DNA of 64,000 nucleotides. It comes from Mobula hypostoma (Eukaryota). The position numbers and the translations under genes were made by a program. The stretch lies in NCBI RefSeq assembly GCF_963921235.1, contig NC_086108.1, forward strand, positions 108,564,001-108,628,000, given 5' to 3'. The notes under the pieces are model-generated. The model was not told where the DNA came from, did no database searches, and saw nothing but the letters and a program-made list of their open reading frames with translations. Shown piece by piece: positions 60,099 to 64,000 of this stretch (its first letter is position 1; each line of letters starts with the position of its first letter).

Positions 60099-60458
60099 TA
60101 TAATATATTACAGAATAAACAAGCAAGAACAACTTACTTAATAGATATAGCCATTCCAAACACACATATTATAGAGAAATCAATAAATGAAGGACACCAG
60201 GAATATGCTGAATTCAAAGAGGAAATTGAGACTTTGGAACATGAACAGGGTATGCATTGTCCCGGTAGTAATATCTACGACTAGTGTCATCCCAAAGTCA
60301 CTACACAATAGCATTGAACAATTAGGTCTACACGGCAACATTTAAGTACATCTCCAGAAAGTTACAATACCAGACACCACTAGCATAATCCGAGACTTCC
60401 TATCAAATGAGAAATGAGCATGCTTGGCTCTGCCCGTAACTTGAGCTGAGAAAAAAAA
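60099..60458 (+). mobile_element. R4/Dong-clade non-LTR 3' fragment (restriction-like endonuclease)
   Basis: LQNKQARTTYLIDIAIPNTH..YAEFKEEIE, then LWNMNRVCIVPVVIST..LQK..TTSIIRDFL. Confidence 0.7.
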
Positions 60459-60744
60459 TCATAACAATAACTAAGCAATAAATATCAAGTAAACAACAAG
60501 AAGAGTCCTTGAAAGTGAGTCCATAGGCTGTTGGAACAGTTCGGTGATGGGGTGAGTGAAGCTGAGTGAAGTTATCCCCTCTGGTTCACGAGGCTGATGG
60601 TTGAGGGGTATAACTGTTCCTGAATCTGTTGGTGTGGGTCCTGAGGCTCTTGTACCTTCTTCCTGATGGCAGCTATGAGACTGCTGTGTCTATTTCATTT
60701 CTGAAATTCATTGACTTTAATGATGTTGAATGAAAGAAGCAGAA

Positions 60745-60890
60745 CAGAGCATGCAGTTAGTCTTGACGAAGGGTCTCGGCCTGAAACGTCAACAGTACCT
60801 CTTCCTACAGATGCTGCCTGGCCTGCTGCGTTCACCAGCAACTTTGATGTGTGTTGTTTGAATTTCCAGCATCTGCAGAATTCCTGTTAT
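60745..60890 (+). mobile_element. Very short Penelope pLTR insertion (hammerhead to 3' end)
   Basis: Matches 22684-22822 in reverse; TSD AAGCAGAA at 60737-44 and 60891-98. Confidence 0.85.
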
Positions 60891-61512
60891 AAGCAGAAAC
60901 TGGTATATTTATTGTTGAACACTACCTGTCTCAGGTTATACAGTCTGACTATGGCACCATAAATTAATCACTACTCAAATTCACAGGATCACCCATAACT
61001 TGAGAGCAATAAACCTCTACTGAAGTAATATTTGACTTACTTCTCTCTCATCTTAACATAACACTTGGGTATAATCCCCTCAATTATAATTTTATATTCC
61101 TGGTGCACTCTCTGTAGAATTTAGGACTCAGCCATGGAGCCTCAGTCGTTTGACCCAGACCAATAAATGTCTGTTTTATGGTGATAAGATTTTGAATTGA
61201 ACCATATAATGGTGTGCCTGGGTTGAGCACAGGGGTATGGATTTAATCAACATTCAAAGTTAAAAGTAAATTTATTATCCAAGTACATACTATATGTATC
61301 TGTTACTATATACTACTGAGATTCATTTTCTTGCAAGCATTTACCGGAAAGTAAATAGAATAAAATTCCTAAGAATATTATATATAAACAGACAAAGTCT
61401 TACAAACAACCAAAGAACCAAAAAAACAAACTGTGCAAATAATACTGAGAGCATGAGCTGTTGACTTTGAAAGCAAGTCTGTAGGTTGTAGAACCAGCTC
61501 AGTGTAGTGGTG

Positions 61513-61999
61513 TAAACACGAGGAATTCTGCAGATGCTGGAAATTCAAGCAACACACATCAAAGTTGCTGGTGAACGCAGCAGGCCAGGCAACATCTCTA
61601 GGAAGAGGTACAGTCGACGTTTCGGGCCGAGACCCTTCGTCAGGACTAACTGAAAGAAGAGCTAGAAAGTGATTTGAAAGCGGGAGGGGGAGGGGGAGAT
61701 CCAAAATGATAGGAGAAGACAGGAGGGGGAGGGATGGAGCCGAGAGCTGGACAGGTGATTGGCAAAAGGGATATGAGAGGATCATGGGACAGGAGGTCCA
61801 GGGAGAAGGAAAAGGGGGAGGCGAGATAAAAACCCAGAGGATGGGCAAGGGGTATAGTCAGAGAGACAGAGGGAGAAAAAGGAGAGAGAGAGAAAGAATG
61901 TGTGTATATAAATAAATAACGGATGGGGTACGAGGGGGAGGTGGGGCATTAACGGAAGTTAGAGAAGTCAATGTTCATGCCATCAGGTTGGAGCCACCA
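61513..61999 (-). mobile_element. Penelope 3' pLTR insertion
   Basis: Ends the ORF as QPDGMNIDFSNFR*; perfect 13 bp TSD CAGTGTAGTGGTG at 61500-12 and 62000-12. Confidence 0.9.
61611..61648 (-). ncRNA. Minimal hammerhead ribozyme motif (best preserved)
   Basis: TAGTC-CTGACGA-A-GGGT CTCG GCCC-GAAA-CG-TC-GACTG; GUC cleavage triplet. Confidence 0.78.
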
Positions 62000-63109
62000 C
62001 AGTGTAGTGGTGGTTGAAACTATTTGTGCTGGTTCAGGAGCCTGACAGTTTCAGGGCAATAACTGTTACTGAAGCTGATGGTGTGGGTTCTACAGCTTCT
62101 GTATGGTGCGGCTCGGTGGTAGTAGCAAGAAGAGAGTATGGCTTGGATGCAGCTTTCTTGTGGCATCACTCCATGCAAATGCCCTCAGTGGTGGCGAGGG
62201 CTCTACCTGTGATGGACTGGGCTGTATCCACCACCTTCTGCAGACTGTTCCTTTCCTGAGCATTGGTGTTTTCCAACCAGGCTGTGATGCAACCAGCTAG
62301 GACACACTCCACCGTGCATGGAGGTTTGTCAAAGTTTTTTGGTGACGAGCTGAATCTATGTAAAAATCTAAGAAATTGGAGGCACTGTTATGCTTCTTTA
62401 GGATGACACTTACATGCTGGTCATAGGACAGACTCACTGATATGTCAATGCCAAGGAATTTAAACTGATTGACTCTGTCCACCTCCAATCCTTGATGAGG
62501 ACTACACACTTACCATCTTCAGTCTTGGATCTATGCCTGGCCAGAACTCCGGGAGATCAGAGGGTTTACAATGCTCCGTGTATGGAATTTAAAAGTACTG
62601 ACCATCTCCATCTTCATTCCCTTAATAAGGACTGGTATATGGACCTCCAGCTTCTTCTTCTTGAGCACAGGGTATGGACTTAATCAGTCAGTAATCTTTA
62701 TCCACCATGTTTTTATTTGCATTTCTTGACTAAGTAATATTCCATTGCATTACTGAGGGAGGAAGATAGGGGAGTATGAGGGAGTATTCATTGAGAGGAT
62801 GAATCTTGGATAACAATTTAAATCAGGGTTGTGCTGTACTATCTGAGAATCCGGGACCAAGCAGTTGAGACCTGGAACTGGTCTGTCCTCAAGTCGGAGG
62901 CCCATCTGTGTGCGAACGGGTGGGTGGGAGCGATGGGAAAGGAGCTTGTTGTATTTTGTTGCTGTTTGTGTTGCTCTGCAGAACATTGTGAGCTTGCTGT
63001 GTTGGAAGAATGTGTGGTGACACTTACGGCTTCTTCCAGCACATCCTTGTGTCGTGCTGCACGTTATCACAAACAATGCTCTTCACTGTATGTTGCCATG
63101 TACTTAGAA

Positions 63110-64000
63110 CAGTACAGTGGTCCACAATCTTGTGTTGAGATTTTAACCTACTCTAAGATCATTCTCACCTTCTCCTCCCACATAGCCCTCCATCCTAGCT
63201 AAGATTTTCATAAATGTCCCTAATATCTGCATCTACCACCACCCCTGGTAATGCATGCCACACACTTATGACTCTCTGTGTAAAAAAAACCACTTCTGAC
63301 ATCGCCATCCTCTTCAGTCCCCTGCAAATTATGCCCTCTGGTATAGTCCATTTTTACCCTGGGAAAAAGTCTCTGGCTGTCCACTTGATCTATGCCTTTA
63401 ATCATCTTGCACACCTCTATCAAGACACCTCTCATCCTCCTTCATTCTGAAAGGGAAAACCGTGGCAAGTTCAGCCTTTCCACATAAGACATACTCTCCT
63501 AAGCCTGGCATCTTGCTGGTAAACCTCCACTGCACCCACTCTAATGCTTCCGCATCCTTATAATGAGGCAAATAAATCTGAATCTGAATCTGAATCTGAG
63601 AGGTAGAGACCATAAGACCAGAAGATATATGAGCAGAATTAGGCTATCAGCCCATCAGGTTTGCTCCACCATTCTACCTTGGCTGATTTATTATTCCTCT
63701 CAACTCCATTTCCTGTGTTCTTCCCATAAAATTTAATACGTTAATTAAGAACCTATCGACCTCCGTGTTAAATGTACCCGATGACTTGCGCCTCCTCAAC
63801 CATCTATGGCAATGAATTCCACAGATTCACCACCATCCGGCTAAAGAAATTCCTTCCATCTCTGTTCCAAATGTACGTCCCTCAATTCTCAGGCTGCGTC
63901 CTCTGGTCCAGAGTCCCCCACTACTGGAAACACCCAATCCACAGCCACTCTATCTAGCCCTTTAAATATTTGATTGTTTTCAATGAGGTCACCCACTCAT
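63110..64000 (-). mobile_element. Old CR1 3' fragments (two)
   Basis: MRGVLIEVCKMIKGIDQVDSQRLFP; a second tail starts ~63610. Confidence 0.75.

Overview
Repeat-dense vertebrate genomic DNA, inferred to be from a cartilaginous fish (shark/ray-type CR1 LINEs with esterase ORF1 and HE1-like V-SINEs). I recognise no host protein-coding gene, so the window looks intronic or intergenic. Every long ORF is transposon-derived. Contents: young and old CR1 LINEs (one with a stop-free ~860-codon 5'-truncated ORF2); a 3 kb Neptune-type Penelope element (RT + GIY-YIG) inserted into a young CR1; several Penelope pseudo-LTR fragments carrying minimal hammerhead ribozyme motifs; an RT/RNaseH-deleted Gypsy LTR element with two LTRs, a tRNA-Trp PBS and a GGGAAAC frameshift site; Rex1/Babar, Tx1, Hero and R4/Dong LINE fragments; RTE-derived non-autonomous elements; several tRNA-SINE families; a YY1-headed non-autonomous retroposon; and hAT, mariner and Tc1 derivatives. 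Many insertions are nested and have readable target-site duplications (TSDs). Family names come from motif recognition by eye, not database searches, and boundaries of old fragments are approximate.
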